Of a DNA stretch of 64,000 nucleotides, positions 49,701-62,435 are shown in pieces. This DNA is from Octopus sinensis (Eukaryota). How positions within the stretch are numbered: position 1 is the stretch's first letter; every line of letters begins with the position of its first letter. Both the position numbers and the translations under genes were made by a program. The notes beneath the pieces were generated by a model. The model had not been told where the DNA came from. It saw only the letters and a list, made by a program, of their open reading frames with translations, and searched no databases. Where the stretch lies: assembly GCF_006345805.1 (NCBI RefSeq), contig NC_042997.1, positions 107,322,001-107,386,000 on the forward strand, given 5' to 3'.

Positions 49701-50359
49701 TTTTTCTTTCTTTTCTCTTTTTTCTCATTCTCTTGCTTTGTTTTTTCTTTATCTTTCTTTTTGTATTTTATAGTTGATAGCTTCTGTTACCTAGGTGACC
49801 AAGTCAGTAGCAGGGGAGAATGCTCTGAGAGCATAGCTGCTAGAATCAAAATATCCTGGACAAAGTTCAGGGAGCTCCTACCTCTGCTGGTAACAAAGGG
49901 CCTCTTGTTCAGAGTGAATGGTAGACTGTATGATACATGTGTGCGAACAACCATGCTACACGGCAGTGAAACATGGGCTGTGGTTGCTGAGGACATGTGT
50001 AGGCTTGTCAGTCCTCAGTCAAACCATCCAACCCATGCCAGCATGAAAAGCAGATGTTACATGATAAAGATAGTGATGATGATGCTGTATCATATACTAT
50101 GTAATAAAATTTTACCAATTGCAATAAACAGCTTTCATACTCTGAAAAAAAGGAATAATGTTATATTCTAATTAGATAATTAATAATCAAAACAAAATAT
50201 ATATTGAATAATTTTATGTAATTGAAGGCATACAATATATCTCTTTAACTGCCACTGGTTAAGGGGTACTATGACTTATACAATGCTGTTCTATATTTTT
50301 GAGATTAGGAATTCTGTACATTATTTACATTGGACAGATAAGTGTCCCTATCTTTGTTT

Positions 50360-50407
50360 TACCACAACGTTTTGGCTGATTTACTCTCCAGCCTTCATCA
50401 GGTGGTA
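50360..50407 (-). ncRNA. Minimal type-I hammerhead ribozyme motif (G12A, probably inactive)
   Basis: TACCAC-CTGATGA-A-GGCTG-loop-CAGCC-AAAAC-GTT-GTGGTA: stems I and II perfect, palindromic ACGT stem III. Confidence 0.65.
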
Positions 50408-50600
50408 GAATATGGCAAATGGTATTAAGGAAAGATACAAAAATATTAGGTTTATAAGCCCTGAAATTCATTTAGTGTTATGGTTAAGAGCATGGGCTAC
50501 TAACCACAAGATTGTGTGTTCAATTCCAGGCAGTGCCTTGAATAAGTAATAATAACATCATCAAAAAAATACCCAGGGTTGGGTTCAAAATCCTAGCAGG

Positions 50601-50646
50601 ACGCCTGATGAAGGCTGGAGAGTAAATCAGCCAAAATGTTGTGGTA
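50601..50646 (+). ncRNA. Second, more degenerate hammerhead motif
   Basis: CTGATGA at 50605-50611, stem II GGCTG/CAGCC, AAAAT in place of GAAAC, then GTT-GTGG. Confidence 0.55.
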
Positions 50647-51179
50647 ATAACAAACAAGATGAGGACTCATATCCGTCCGATGTGAATAATGTAATGACTT
50701 ATACAAGTTGTAACACCGTTACTCTGTAAATACATCGGAGTTTATTTCTGGTAGGATTTGGCACTTAAAGTTGGTTGTTGATCTGTTTGGTGTAGTGGAG
50801 ATGTGTTGTGGCAACTATATACTTTTATACACAATATTAGAATGTAGACAATAGTTCCTCAAGGGACTATTGATTATTTTTTGAAGTTGTATGTCTTCTT
50901 ATCTCAAGTTATGTGCCGTTGCACTATTTGTTGCTTCTGCATATTATTAGTCCTATCATTAATGCTATCAATACCACCACCACCATCATTATTAATATTG
51001 TTGTTATTAAAGCTGCTGTAGAAGCTGTCAGTATTATAGTTGTGATAGTGATGATTGTTGCTTGCTATATTATCCATATTATTCAGGGTGAGTGTAGCAA
51101 TATCAGTAGGGGTCAGTTGACCATGTTTGCTATTGTAGCCCCAATAAATAACATTACTGTGGTAGCTGACAGTTACTTC

Positions 51180-54100
51180 AGACTATCATCATCTGTTGTC
51201 CATGCTGGTATGGCATGGCTTGGATGCTTTGACCAGAGCTGGAAAGCTGCACCAGGTTCCAGTCTGATCTGGCATGGATTTTACAGCTGGATGCCCTTCC
51301 TAATGCCAACCACTTTACAAAGTGCGCTGGATGCTTTTATGTGGCACTGGCACATAGGACTCTTGCAGGCCAATCCTCTTCACTGGGCACCAGGTGGGGC
51401 AGGGGCAGCCTCAACATTTCTCCTGTGTTGTATGAATCTTCTTAAGTACAGTCAGGTGCCAAGCATCTTGCTCCTTAAGGTTCAGCATCTGAGGTCATCT
51501 TTCAATACTTTGTCCCATGTCTTCCTGAGTCTCCCACTTTCACGTGTTCCATCTAATTTCAGAGATCAGCACTTCTGTATGGAGCTGTTGGCATCCATCT
51601 GCATCACATGACCAAGCCGGTGCCATCATCTCTCTTGCACATTGCATCTAATTCCTCTTATGCCTAACTTCTCTCTCAATACACTTTCACTCTGTTGACC
51701 ATGTACACTTACATTACTCATTCAGCTGAACATGCTAACTACATTCCACTCCTACCTTTGCATGTCCACTGCATTCAGGGCCCGTGTCCCATTACCATGT
51801 AGAATTGTTGTCTGTGTATATGCATCATATAATCTTCCTTTCATTGGAGAGAGAAACCACTAAAGGTAACAGCTCTCTGAATTTCCTCCATCCTATTCTT
51901 ATTTTAACTATCACACTCTCCATGCATCCTCCCCCAACTACTAATTTGGTCCCCTGGATCACAGAAATTATCTACAACCTCTAATGAGCCACCAGGGCAT
52001 TTGAGGAATCATGAGCGACAGAGCATGTCTTGAGAGAAAAACAGGGCATAAGAGGCATCAGATGTGGTGTGCAAGAAAGATGAATGTGCTGGTATGGTCA
52101 TGTAATGCGTACGGATGAGGACAGCTGTGTAAAGAAGTGCCGATCTGTAACTGTGGATGGAACCTGTCGAAGAGGTAGACCCAGGAAAACATGAGATGAG
52201 GCGGTGAAGGATGATCTTTGAATGTTGGGCCTCACAGAGGTGATGACTAGTGACTGAGACCTTTAGTGAGATGCCATACTTGAGAAGAGTCCTCAAGCAG
52301 AGTGAAGTCGTAGTGATGGCCATTGCTGGTGTCATGTAAACGGCATCCATGAAATTGTAATCGTGGCCATTGCCGGCCGCATGATCTTCAAATGTTGGAC
52401 CTCATGGAGGTGAAGGACAAAGTGGTGAAATATGATCTTCAAATACTGGGCCTCATGGAGGCAGTGACAAGTGACTGAGACCTTAGCAATATGACTCATG
52501 AAGTCAAGTGAGTCATGGCCATTACCAGTGGGACATAAAAAGCACCCATTACACTCTCAGAGTGGTTACTGTTAGAAAGGGCATCCAGCCGTAGAAATCA
52601 TGCCAAATCAAACTGGAACCTGTTGCAGCTCTTCAGCTTACCAGTTCCAGTCCAAGTGTCTAACCCATACTGGCATAAAAAGCGGACGTTAAGTGATGAT
52701 GATGATGATGATGAATTTCCTGAGTCTCTAGAGTTTTTATGGATCCTGTGCATCTTCCACATGCAAACATTAATGTGTACACCACCTGGAGTTCCTGCCT
52801 ACACCTTTCCTACAAATTGAACAAGGCTACCTACCTGAAGGGGTAGGGTCCTGCCTGTTTTCTTGCTTTCTAAGACCTTGGTCTTTACTAAATTAACCTT
52901 AAGCCCTTTGATTCTAGGTTTAGCTTCCACACCTGGAATTTTTCTTCTAACTCTTGATATGGAAACTGCAATGATGGGGAGATGGTCACCATACAGTAGT
53001 TCCCACGGGCTGCCAGTCTTCAGTTCCTCTGCTATTATCTGGAGGACAATGATGAAGAGGAGATCAACTAGCTGAGTACATCTCTTGCAGTTGCCAGACT
53101 ATGAAATAGCGTCAGTCATGCTTCTTCCCTGGACGAAGCCAAACTGCATTTTGTCTTGCCTAATTCGGCTCCTAATTAATTGGGCTATAATTGTCTCTGT
53201 AATTTTCATCACCTGAGTTTGATGTCTCTATAATTGCTTCTACCTAAAGCATCACCCTTACCCTTGTAGCAGCTAACAATAATGCTGCTATGCAAGTCAC
53301 TGGGGGGGGGGGGGGTATGCCTGCCTCAATAACCTAATTAATTATGCAGGTGACTAGCCTGTATCCTACCTTACTGGATATTTTGAGCATCTCAGCTGTG
53401 ATTCCGGGTGGACCAGGGGCTTTCTTGGTTTTCATGTCTTTAAATTGCCTTATCTACCATACTGCTGTCCACTAGGATAGCTGGTCCCTCTGTTGGGTTC
53501 ACATGTGGGAGACTTCCTTTTATCCCATTCATGTGTCGGTGGCACATAAAAAACACCATCCGAGCGTGGCCGTCTGCCAGCCTCGTCTGGCACCTGTGTT
53601 GGTGGCAGATAAAATCACCCACTACACTCTCGGAGTGGTTGGCGTTAGGAAGGGCATCCAGCTGTAGAAACACTGCCAGATCTGACTGGCCTGGTGCAGC
53701 CTTCGGGCTTGCCAGACCCCAGTTGAACCGTCCAACCCATGCTAGCATGGAAAGCGGACGTTAAACGATGATGATGATGATGATGATTCTCTACAATCAA
53801 CAGTCTTGCATAGTAACATTTCCATGCCTCTTTCTTGTCCACATCCCTAAGTGCAAACATACCATTATCCATCCGCACACACTTCTCTCTCCCACAATAT
53901 CTCAATTCTCACTGACACACTGTAGGACTTTGGCAAACCTCTTCTTTTCTGCTTCTATCCTAGCTAGATAAACCTGATGTCTAGCTTCTCTTTTAGCGTT
54001 TGGATATGATTCTTTGCTAACCCCCCCTCTCCATTCTTTCCGGACCTATCTATTCTCTTTTATGGACTGGTCTTATAATAATAATAATAATTATTATTAT

Positions 54101-54660
54101 TATGGATACCTACATTATTATTATTATTATTATTGCCATTAATGATATACTGTTGGATGTGTACAATTGCTATTATTACTATTATGCTTGCTATTGTCAC
54201 TAATAGTAGTATGACCAACAGTATTGGTGCTATTAATGTTATTAGTTTACATTCTTTATGTTGTTTTCATTTTTATCACTTTTAAGGTTTTGTTCCTATA
54301 AATATTCAGCAACCAATTGTGGTCGTTGCCAGCCTATCCTGGCACCTGCGCTGGTGGCACCTAAAAAGCACCATCCGTACGTGGTTGATGCCAGTGCTGC
54401 CTTGACTGGCTTCCGTGCTGGTGGCACATAAAAAGTACCAACCGATCGTGGCCGTTGCCAGCGTGCCATGGCACCTGTGCCGGTGGCATGTAAAATGCAC
54501 CCACTACACTCACGGAGTGGTTGGCATTAGGAAGGGCATCCAGCTGTAGAAACACTGCCAGATCTGACTGGAGCCTGGTGCAGCCTCCTGGCTTCCCAGA
54601 CCCTGGTTGAACCGTCCAACCCATGCCAGAATGGAAAACAAACGTTAAACGATGATGATA
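51180..54660. mobile_element. Cluster of decayed RTE LINE fragments in both orientations (about 51180-52000 -, 52010-52715 +, 52740-54070 - with nested 53530-53786 +, 54310-54660 +)
   Basis: Each matches RT, C-terminal or 3' UTR/(GAT)n segments of the family at 59590-63504. Confidence 0.85.
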
Positions 54661-55139
54661 ACAAGTAATTTTTTTTACCGCATTTGAAGCAATTGGATTT
54701 ATAGTTGACTGGGGGTAATGTTGCTAGACAAGTGAGAAATAGGAACAGACCCATGCACTTCAGTATCTGAAGTTTCAATATATGAACATGTAGTCATGCT
54801 GTCAGCACTAGGTTTTTTACACAATAATATAGTAACTGGATGCGAGTATTGTTTTATTGTGATAAAATAGCCCTCAGAGGAAATTGCTTTCCATTATTAA
54901 TTTGACTCTATCAAGAGACATCTTGTTCTACTTCAGCAAATTAGATGTGAAAAAAGCGAATTAAAGAGTGAAATTAAAATATTATGAGGAATAATTAGTC
55001 TGTCATTATGTATCTTTAGATAATGATGAAGCCATTGGTTATAAAGATTTAGATCAAATGTAACTATGAATTAATCCCTATTAGATTTGAAGGAAGAGAT
55101 TACGTATTGATTTCTATAATCTATAAGTCCCATCAAGAT

Positions 55140-56990
55140 TGAGGGTGATGTGGTTGAATGATGCTGTAGACAAGGCCATTAGGGCAAAGACACAGGTCTG
55201 GAAGGACAGGAAGTGTGGGGATAGCAGGGAATTGTGTCAGATAGCCAGAAAGGAAGCTAGGGGGCAGGTGTATTTAACCAGGGAAGTAGTAGAAAAGAAG
55301 TTTGCCAGTGTTCTGTGACACGATGACCAGACACTTATAGTGTTTTGGATTGCAAGACAATGTGTGAGAGAAAATCATGTCAAAGGAGAGAGAAGTATGT
55401 CTGCATGGATGATGATGTCACTTGCATTTAATGATTCTGCAAAGAAAGAGGCTTGGAAATGCTATTATGAAAGGCTGCTAAATGAGGAGAATAAATGGGA
55501 AGAGAGTCTGCCCAACGTTAACCCAACTGAGGGACCAGCTATCCGAATTGACAGCAGCTTAATAAATAAAGCAATTAGGAATATGAAGATAGGGAAAGCC
55601 CCCAGCCCATCAGGAATCACATTTGGGATCTTAAAATATTTGGCAGTGTAGGTTTTGGTTTAGTCACCTGTATAGTTAACCAGGTGGTACACAAAGGAGT
55701 CTTACCTAATGACTGGTGTAGCAGCACCATAATCAACTGCTACAAAGGTAATGTCTTAGATAGAAATAATTACAGAGGTATCAAATTGTTGGATCAGGTG
55801 ATGAAAGTCATGGAGATGGTCATAGCCCAACTAATTATGGAGAGAGTCAGTCTAGATGAATTGCAGTTTGGGTTTGTGCCAGGGAGAAGCACCACTGATG
55901 CTATATTTCTGGTAAGGCAGCTGCAGAAGTACCTAGCCAAAGATAAGCCTCTGTACTTGACTTTTGTTGACATGGAGAAAGCCTTTGACAGAGTCCCTGC
56001 TCCATTATCTGGTGGTCAGTGCAGAAACTAGGGATAGATGAGTGGTTGGTGAGAGCTGTACAAGCCTTGTATGGAGATGCTGTCAGTAAGGCGAAGGTTG
56101 ACAATGAGTATGGCAAAGAATTCTGGGTAGAGGTAGGGGTTCACTAAGGTTCAGTCCTCAGTTCCTTCTTGTTCAGCATAGTTCTCAAGGCAATATCAGT
56201 AATTTAAGACAAGGCTGTCCCTGGGAGCTCCTCTATGCTGATGACCTTGTTCTTCTAGTTGAATCAGTACCAGAACTACAGAAGAAGTTTCAGGTGTGGG
56301 AGCAAGGCCTAGAATCGAAGGGTGTTAGATTTAACCTAGCTAAAATCAAAGTGTCAGTAAGCAGGAAAGCAAACACAAATCTCCTCAGATAGATGGTCCT
56401 GCTTGATCTGGAGGAAAGGCATAGGTAGAAATTCCATAAGATGTACCCTGTGTAAGCTATGGACACATAAAAGGTGCAGCAATATCAGAAGAAGGTTAAT
56501 AGTGAAAGTAGTTTTTGTGTGTGGAAGGTGCACAGGTACATAAGAAACATCAGATGTAATGTGCAAGAGAAACAACTGTGCTAGTATGGTCATGTGTTAT
56601 GTATGGATGAGTACAGCTGTGTGAAGAAGTGTCTCCCCCTAACAGTGGAGGAGGTAGACCCAGGAAAACCTGGGATGAAGTGGTGAAGCATGACCATTGA
56701 ATGTTGGTCCTCACAGAGGCAATGACAAGCAACCAAGACCTTTGGAGATATGCAGTGCTTGAGAAGAGCCATCAAGCCAAGTGAGATCATAGTTGTGGCT
56801 GTTGTCAGTGGCATGTAAAAGCACTTATTACACTCTCAGAGTGGTTGGCATTAGGAAGTGCATCCAACCATAGAAATCATGCCAAATCAGATTGGAGTCT
56901 GGTGCAGCCCCTCAGCTTAGCTGCTCTGGTCAAACCATCCAACCCATGCCAGTATGGACAAAAGACACTAAATGATTATGATGATAATAT
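55140..56990 (+). mobile_element. 5'-truncated decayed RTE LINE
   Basis: NYRGIKLLDQVMKV, QFGFVPGRSTTDAIF, FVDMEKAFDRVP, LLYADD, 3' UTR and tail. Confidence 0.9.
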
Positions 56991-57528
56991 ATATTGATTT
57001 CTAACATTGGTACAAGGCCATATTTTGGAGAATGGTGTAGTGAATTAATCTGGCCTGGTACTTAACCTTTACATTAATGACAACCCTTGTAAAATGAAAG
57101 ATAAAGTTGGTTTTGGGGAAATTTAAACTCACCAACTGAAAGGATTTCAACCCGAATAAAACAATCCACAAACCCAAGACACACTCTATCCAGTAGACAT
57201 CCAATAAAATTAAAACAACCCCCACAACATGTACTGTATAGGTCAGATATCCAACAGAAGAACACAACTCGCATTACACACACAACACACAATACACATA
57301 CTAATACCAGAAAAGACTCAAGCTAAAGCCCCTAACAAAACAAACTGATGCAATATAATACCAAGAAGAGTTTGTTACTCCTTGCAACAATGGGAAAAAG
57401 AAAAAAGAATACACATGCTACACACACCTCAGCAACATAGGGGTGTGGCAGGTGATACAGTAGAAATTTACCTGAAGCTATTGAATAGCAAATAACAACA
57501 ACAACAACAACAATAATAATAATAATAA

Positions 57529-58068
57529 AAATCCAAGCTGTAAATACATGGGTGATAGCTTTTCTTTGGTGTCAGACTGGCAAAAGAAAGAACTATAAGC
57601 ATGGAAGATAGAGAAAATATTGATAGTGCTCTGAGCATTCTATCCAAGAGTGACACTGATAGGTTGTACTTGTCCCAAAAAAAGGATGGGAGAGGTTTGA
57701 TCAGTTGCTAGGATTGTATTGAAGCAGAGTAAAACAACTTAGGGTGCTTTGTAAAAAACCATTGCTTAAGACATGTGAAGAAGTCTGGCATCTTCAGAAG
57801 TGATAATTGTATAAAGAAAGAAAAATTTAAAGAGGAAAAGGACACAAAAAAGAAATAGCATGGAAAGCAACAAAAAAAGGTACAAGGAGTTTGCAAGAGG
57901 TATGAATGCCAAGAGAGAGACAGAAGAGGAGTGATGTGAAGATAGAGACAAGCATTTATATGTGTGGCACAAGAACAAGCATTAAGGGCCAACTATGTGA
58001 AGTGTAGAATTAATTACACAATAGAGACCGACAGATGCAGAATGTGTGGTGAGAGGGGTGAAATCATA
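57529..58068 (+). mobile_element. Dong/R4-clade non-LTR element, 5' piece
   Basis: YPRVT/SDTDRLYLSQKKDGRGLISC, AQEQALRANYVK...DRCRMCGERGE; abuts a (CAA)n(TAA)n tract. Confidence 0.75.
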
Positions 58069-58074
58069 TAAACC

Positions 58075-59230
58075 CAGGCCTGTTCCCCATTTTTTTTTTA
58101 GAAGGGGGTAGCCACAGCAAGACACACACCAGCCATTCCATTTATTTCCCAGCTCAAAAGGGCAAGCCCCATTCTATGCTTGGGTCAAGGCATAGAATGC
58201 ATCCCCCAATATCAGCAGCAGGGCTCAACAGCATACTAGTTTACCCCTGCCACATCATGTCGGTTCCGTACCCCTTTGAGCAACATCAATTTCACTCGTC
58301 CCTTCACATGCTTCAAGCTTTCCTATCATTTATAAACTCTCTTGCCTTTCTGACTCCAACACCTCTGACCACCAAAGCTTTCCTCACTTCATCCATCCAC
58401 ACAAACTGAGGTCTGCCTCTAGTTCTGCTGCCTACCACTACAGCCTTCATCACCCTCCTTACCATCCACTCCTCATCCATTCTCTTCATGTGGCCAAACC
58501 ACCTCAACATTTGTCTATCCAATTTGGTTGTTAGTTTTTCTTTCATTTCTGCTCATCTTCGCACCTCCTCATTCCTCATCCTGTCCATCCATGTTGCACC
58601 AACCATAGCCCCCAGACATCTCATCTGAAACATATCTAGTTGCTTTCTTTCTGCCTCTTGCAGCCTCCATGTCCCTGCACCATATAACATTGTCAGCACA
58701 ATCACACTCTCATACACCTTTTTCGTTTTCATACTCAACCTTTTATCTCTCAGCATACCTTTCACAACTCCAAGTATCTTATTCCCCTACCTCCTCAGCC
58801 AACCCCACTGTCCATCACGTGATCCCAGATACTTAAAAACACTCACCTCCTCTAACAACTCACCATTTATACTCACATCCATTCTACCAGCCATTCCGTC
58901 TCTCAAACATCTCATCTTAACTACATTCACTTCCAGTTTCCTCCTCTCACACACTCTTCCAAATTCTACCACCAGTCTCCTCAGTTGCTCTTCCAAATCT
59001 GCCACCAGTGCTGTATTATCAGCAAACAACAACTGACTCACCTGCCATTTCTCTCCATTTTCTCCCACCATTTGGGCTCCCCTACCAACGGTTCTAGCAT
59101 TTACCTCTCTCACCACACCATCCATATATAAATTAAACAGCCACGGAGATATCACTTAACTCCGTATTAACCCCACCTTCACATCAAACCACTCACTTCA
59201 CCACTCATCCTAACACACGCCCTACTTTCT
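58075..59230 (-). mobile_element. RTE LINE 3' portion of a distinct family
   Basis: ISPWLFNLYMDGVVREVNAR...QLLFADNTALVAD...FKYLGS, MLYGAGTW, LRWFGHMKRM, RTRGRP; lacks the Cys-rich insert. Confidence 0.9.
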
Positions 59231-59589
59231 GAGTATGACTATAAACTACATCTGGTAGTGGGACCTTGGGGCCCTGATTTCAGGGTTTGGGGAGGGTGGA
59301 ACCACCTCTTAGTCACTATTGTTCCCAGGTCTGCTCTGGCCTGGAGTGGTAGTACTTGTAAGGGTCCCAGCTATGGGTTAACTTGCAAACCCCACTACAA
59401 CTGAGGTGGGAGGGGGGTCAGTAGAATGCAGTTGCTGTATTCCCTGTGTGGTGTAAGAGGCGTCTAAAAGGGGCAGGAGTGAGGGGACTGGAAAGCCTCT
59501 CCTAGTAAATCTATATTCCTAAAAAGGCAGCAAGAGGGGTGAAATGATATGATATATTGTTAGTAAATGCCTGAAATTGGCAAAACACA

Positions 59590-62432
59590 AATACAAAGGG
59601 AGCACTGATGGGGTTGGGGGCATGGGGATACTTCTTGTGGAGAAATGGGTTGATAAGGTAATCAAGATAGTCAGAGTATGCGACAGAATACTTAAGATTA
59701 GATTAGTGCTTAATCATGGGTTAGCAACCATTATCTCAGCCAGGGCTACCTGATGGACAGAAAGACTGATTTTATGACACCCTCTTGCAGACTACCTCGC
59801 TGATGAATGACAGGGACCTTCTCTTTGTGGCTGGTGACTTCAATGGACATGTTGGACGACATGCAGGGGGCTTCCATGGCGTACATGGAGGCTATGGCTA
59901 TGGTTCCTGCAACGAGGAAGGAACCAGGCTGTTGGAGTTCTGCAAATGATCTTATGGTTTGCAATATTAACTTCAGGAAACCTGCCAGTCACTTAGTCAC
60001 CTACCAATCAGGCTGACATACTTGCCAAATTGACTACATCCTTGCCAGAAAAAGGGAAAGATGGCTGCTTATAAATGCCCAAACCTTCCCAGGCAAAGAA
60101 TGTACCCCACAACATAGACGTATTACTCGAAGTCTTTGATGAAATAGAAGGGGATATAGCTTCACACAATATAGAAGACAAATGGAGGTTTCTATGAGAC
60201 AACATGTTGAAGGCCACTGACCAGATCTGTGGATGGTGCAAAGTCCCCTCTCGACCCAAAATAACGTGGTGGTGGAACAATGTTGTTGACAGCACCATTA
60301 GAGAAAAGAAACAGGCTTGGAAGGAATGGAAGAACGGTGGTAGCAGGGAATTGTAACAGACTGCCTGAAGGGAAGATAGGAGACAGGTTATTTAGCCAGA
60401 GAGGAAGCACATAAGAAAAAATTTGCTAATCTTCTGCGCTGTGAAGACCAAAGATTTGAGGTATTTCGTGTTGCAAGACAGTGTGTGAGAGAGAATTGTG
60501 ACATTGTAGGAGAGAAATGTGTCTGCATGGATGATGGCTCTCTTGCACTAAACGAGGCTGCAAAGACAGAGGTTTGGAGATGCCAATATGAAAGGTTGCT
60601 CAATAAAGAGAATGAATGGGAGAAAGAGAGTCTGCTGAATGTCGACCCAACAGAGGGACCAGTTATCCGAATTGACAGTACCTTGGTAGATAAAGCAATT
60701 AAGAGTATGAAGACAGGGAAAGCCCCTGGCCAATCAGGAATCACTGCAGAGATGCTCAAAATATCGGGCAATGTTGGCTATAGTCTAGTCAACCAGGTGA
60801 TACATGAAGGGGTCATACCCAATGTCTGGTGTAGCAGCACCATAGGCAACTGCTACAAAGGTAAGGGTGACGCTTTAGATAGAAATAATTACAGAGGTAT
60901 CAAGTTGTTGGATGAGGTAATGAAGGTCATGGAGAGGATCATAGCTCAGCTAATTAGGGAGAGAGTTAGTTTAGATGAGATACAGTTTAGGTTCGTGCCA
61001 GGGAAAAGCACCACCAATACTATATTTCTGGTAAGGCAGTTTCAGGAGAAATACCTAGCCAAAGATAAACCTCTGTACCTGGCTTTCGTTGACATAGAGA
61101 AAACCTTTGACAGGGTCCCCCGATTCCTTATCTGGTGGTCAATGAGGAAACTAGGGATAGATGAGTGGTTAGTGTGAGCCATGTACAGGGATGCTGTTAG
61201 TAAGGTGAGGGTTGGCAACGAGTACGCTGAAGAATTCCGGGTAGAAGTAGGGATCTACCAGGGTTCAATCCTCAGCCCCCTCCTATTTATAATAGTACTC
61301 CAGGCAATAACAGAGGAATTCAAGACAGGATGCCCCTGGGAGCTTCTCTATGCTGATGACCTTGCTCTAATTGCTTAGTCACTATCAGAACTCAAGGAGA
61401 AGTTTCAGGTGTGGAAACAAGGATTAGAATCGAAGGGCCTTAGAGTCAACCTAGCTAAAACCAAAGTCCTAATAAGTAAGAAGGCAGACAAACCACAAAT
61501 CCCTTCAGGTAGATGGCCCTGTTCGATCTTTTGATAAGGTGTTGGTAGAAACTCTATAAAATATACCCAGTTTAAGCTATGGACACATAAGAGATGCAGC
61601 AATATCAGAGGAAGGCTATCTGGGAAGATAGTTTTGTATGTGGCAGATGCTCAGGAGCAATAAACGCTGAAAATGTGCAGAGAACAACTATGCCACATTC
61701 CTGGGAGAAAAACTAGAAGTAGTTGATAGCTTCCATTACCTTGGTGACCAAGTTGGTAGCAGGGGTGGGTGCTCTGAAAGTGTAACTGTTAGAATAAGAA
61801 TTGCTTGGGCAAAGTTCAGAGAGCTGCTACCTCTGCTGGTGACAAAGGGCATCTCGCTCAGAGTAAAAAGTAGACTGTATGACGCATGTGTACGAACATC
61901 CATGCTCCATACTTGACAGTGTAAGTACCTTGAGAGGAAAGTTGAACCTAAGAAGCATCAGATGTGTGCAAGAGTGACAACTGCGTTGGTATGGTCATGC
62001 AGCAAGAATGGATGAGGATAGCTGTGTGAAAAAGTGTCACACCCTAACAGTTGAGGGAACCTGTAGACGAGGTAGACTCAGCAGGCAGAACAAGCGTGAT
62101 TGTTACCAGCGTTGCCTTACTGGCAATTGTGTCAGTGGCATGTGAAAGACAACATTCGAGCAAAGTTGTTGCCAGTGCCGCTGGACTGGCTCCTGTGCAG
62201 GTGGCATGTAAAAACACCTTTTGAGCGTGGCTGTTGCCAATACTGCCTGACACGCCCTCGTGCCGGTGGCATGTATAAAGCATGTGGTTGGCATTAGGAA
62301 GGGCATCCAGCTGTAGAAACTCTGCCAGATCAGATAGGAGCATGGTGCAGGCATCTGGCTCACCAGTCCTCAGTCAAACTGTCCAGCCCATGCCAGCATG
62401 GAAAGCAGACGTTAAACAATGATGATGATGAT
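59590..62432 (+). mobile_element. Long decayed RTE LINE (endonuclease, RT with PHD-like insert, 3' UTR, (GAT)n)
   Basis: VAGDFNGHVG, QIDYIL, 230-aa RT ORF 60485-61177, QGSILSPLLF, LLYADD; stops and deletions. Confidence 0.93.
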
Positions 62433-62435
62433 AGG

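Larger units (their letters stand above)
50284..50693 (+). mobile_element. Non-autonomous retroelement: tRNA-like head plus Penelope-type tail and inverted tail copy; 13-bp TSD
   Basis: TSD ATGACTTATACAA (50271-50283, 50694-50706); inverted arms 50317-50404 and 50602-50693; A box TAGTGTTATGG at 50473, B box GTTCAATTCC at 50518. Confidence 0.8.

Noticed and set aside
50913-51611. 232-aa ORF as a membrane protein
   Set aside because: Low-complexity (ATT/GTT) tract fused to antisense RTE sequence.
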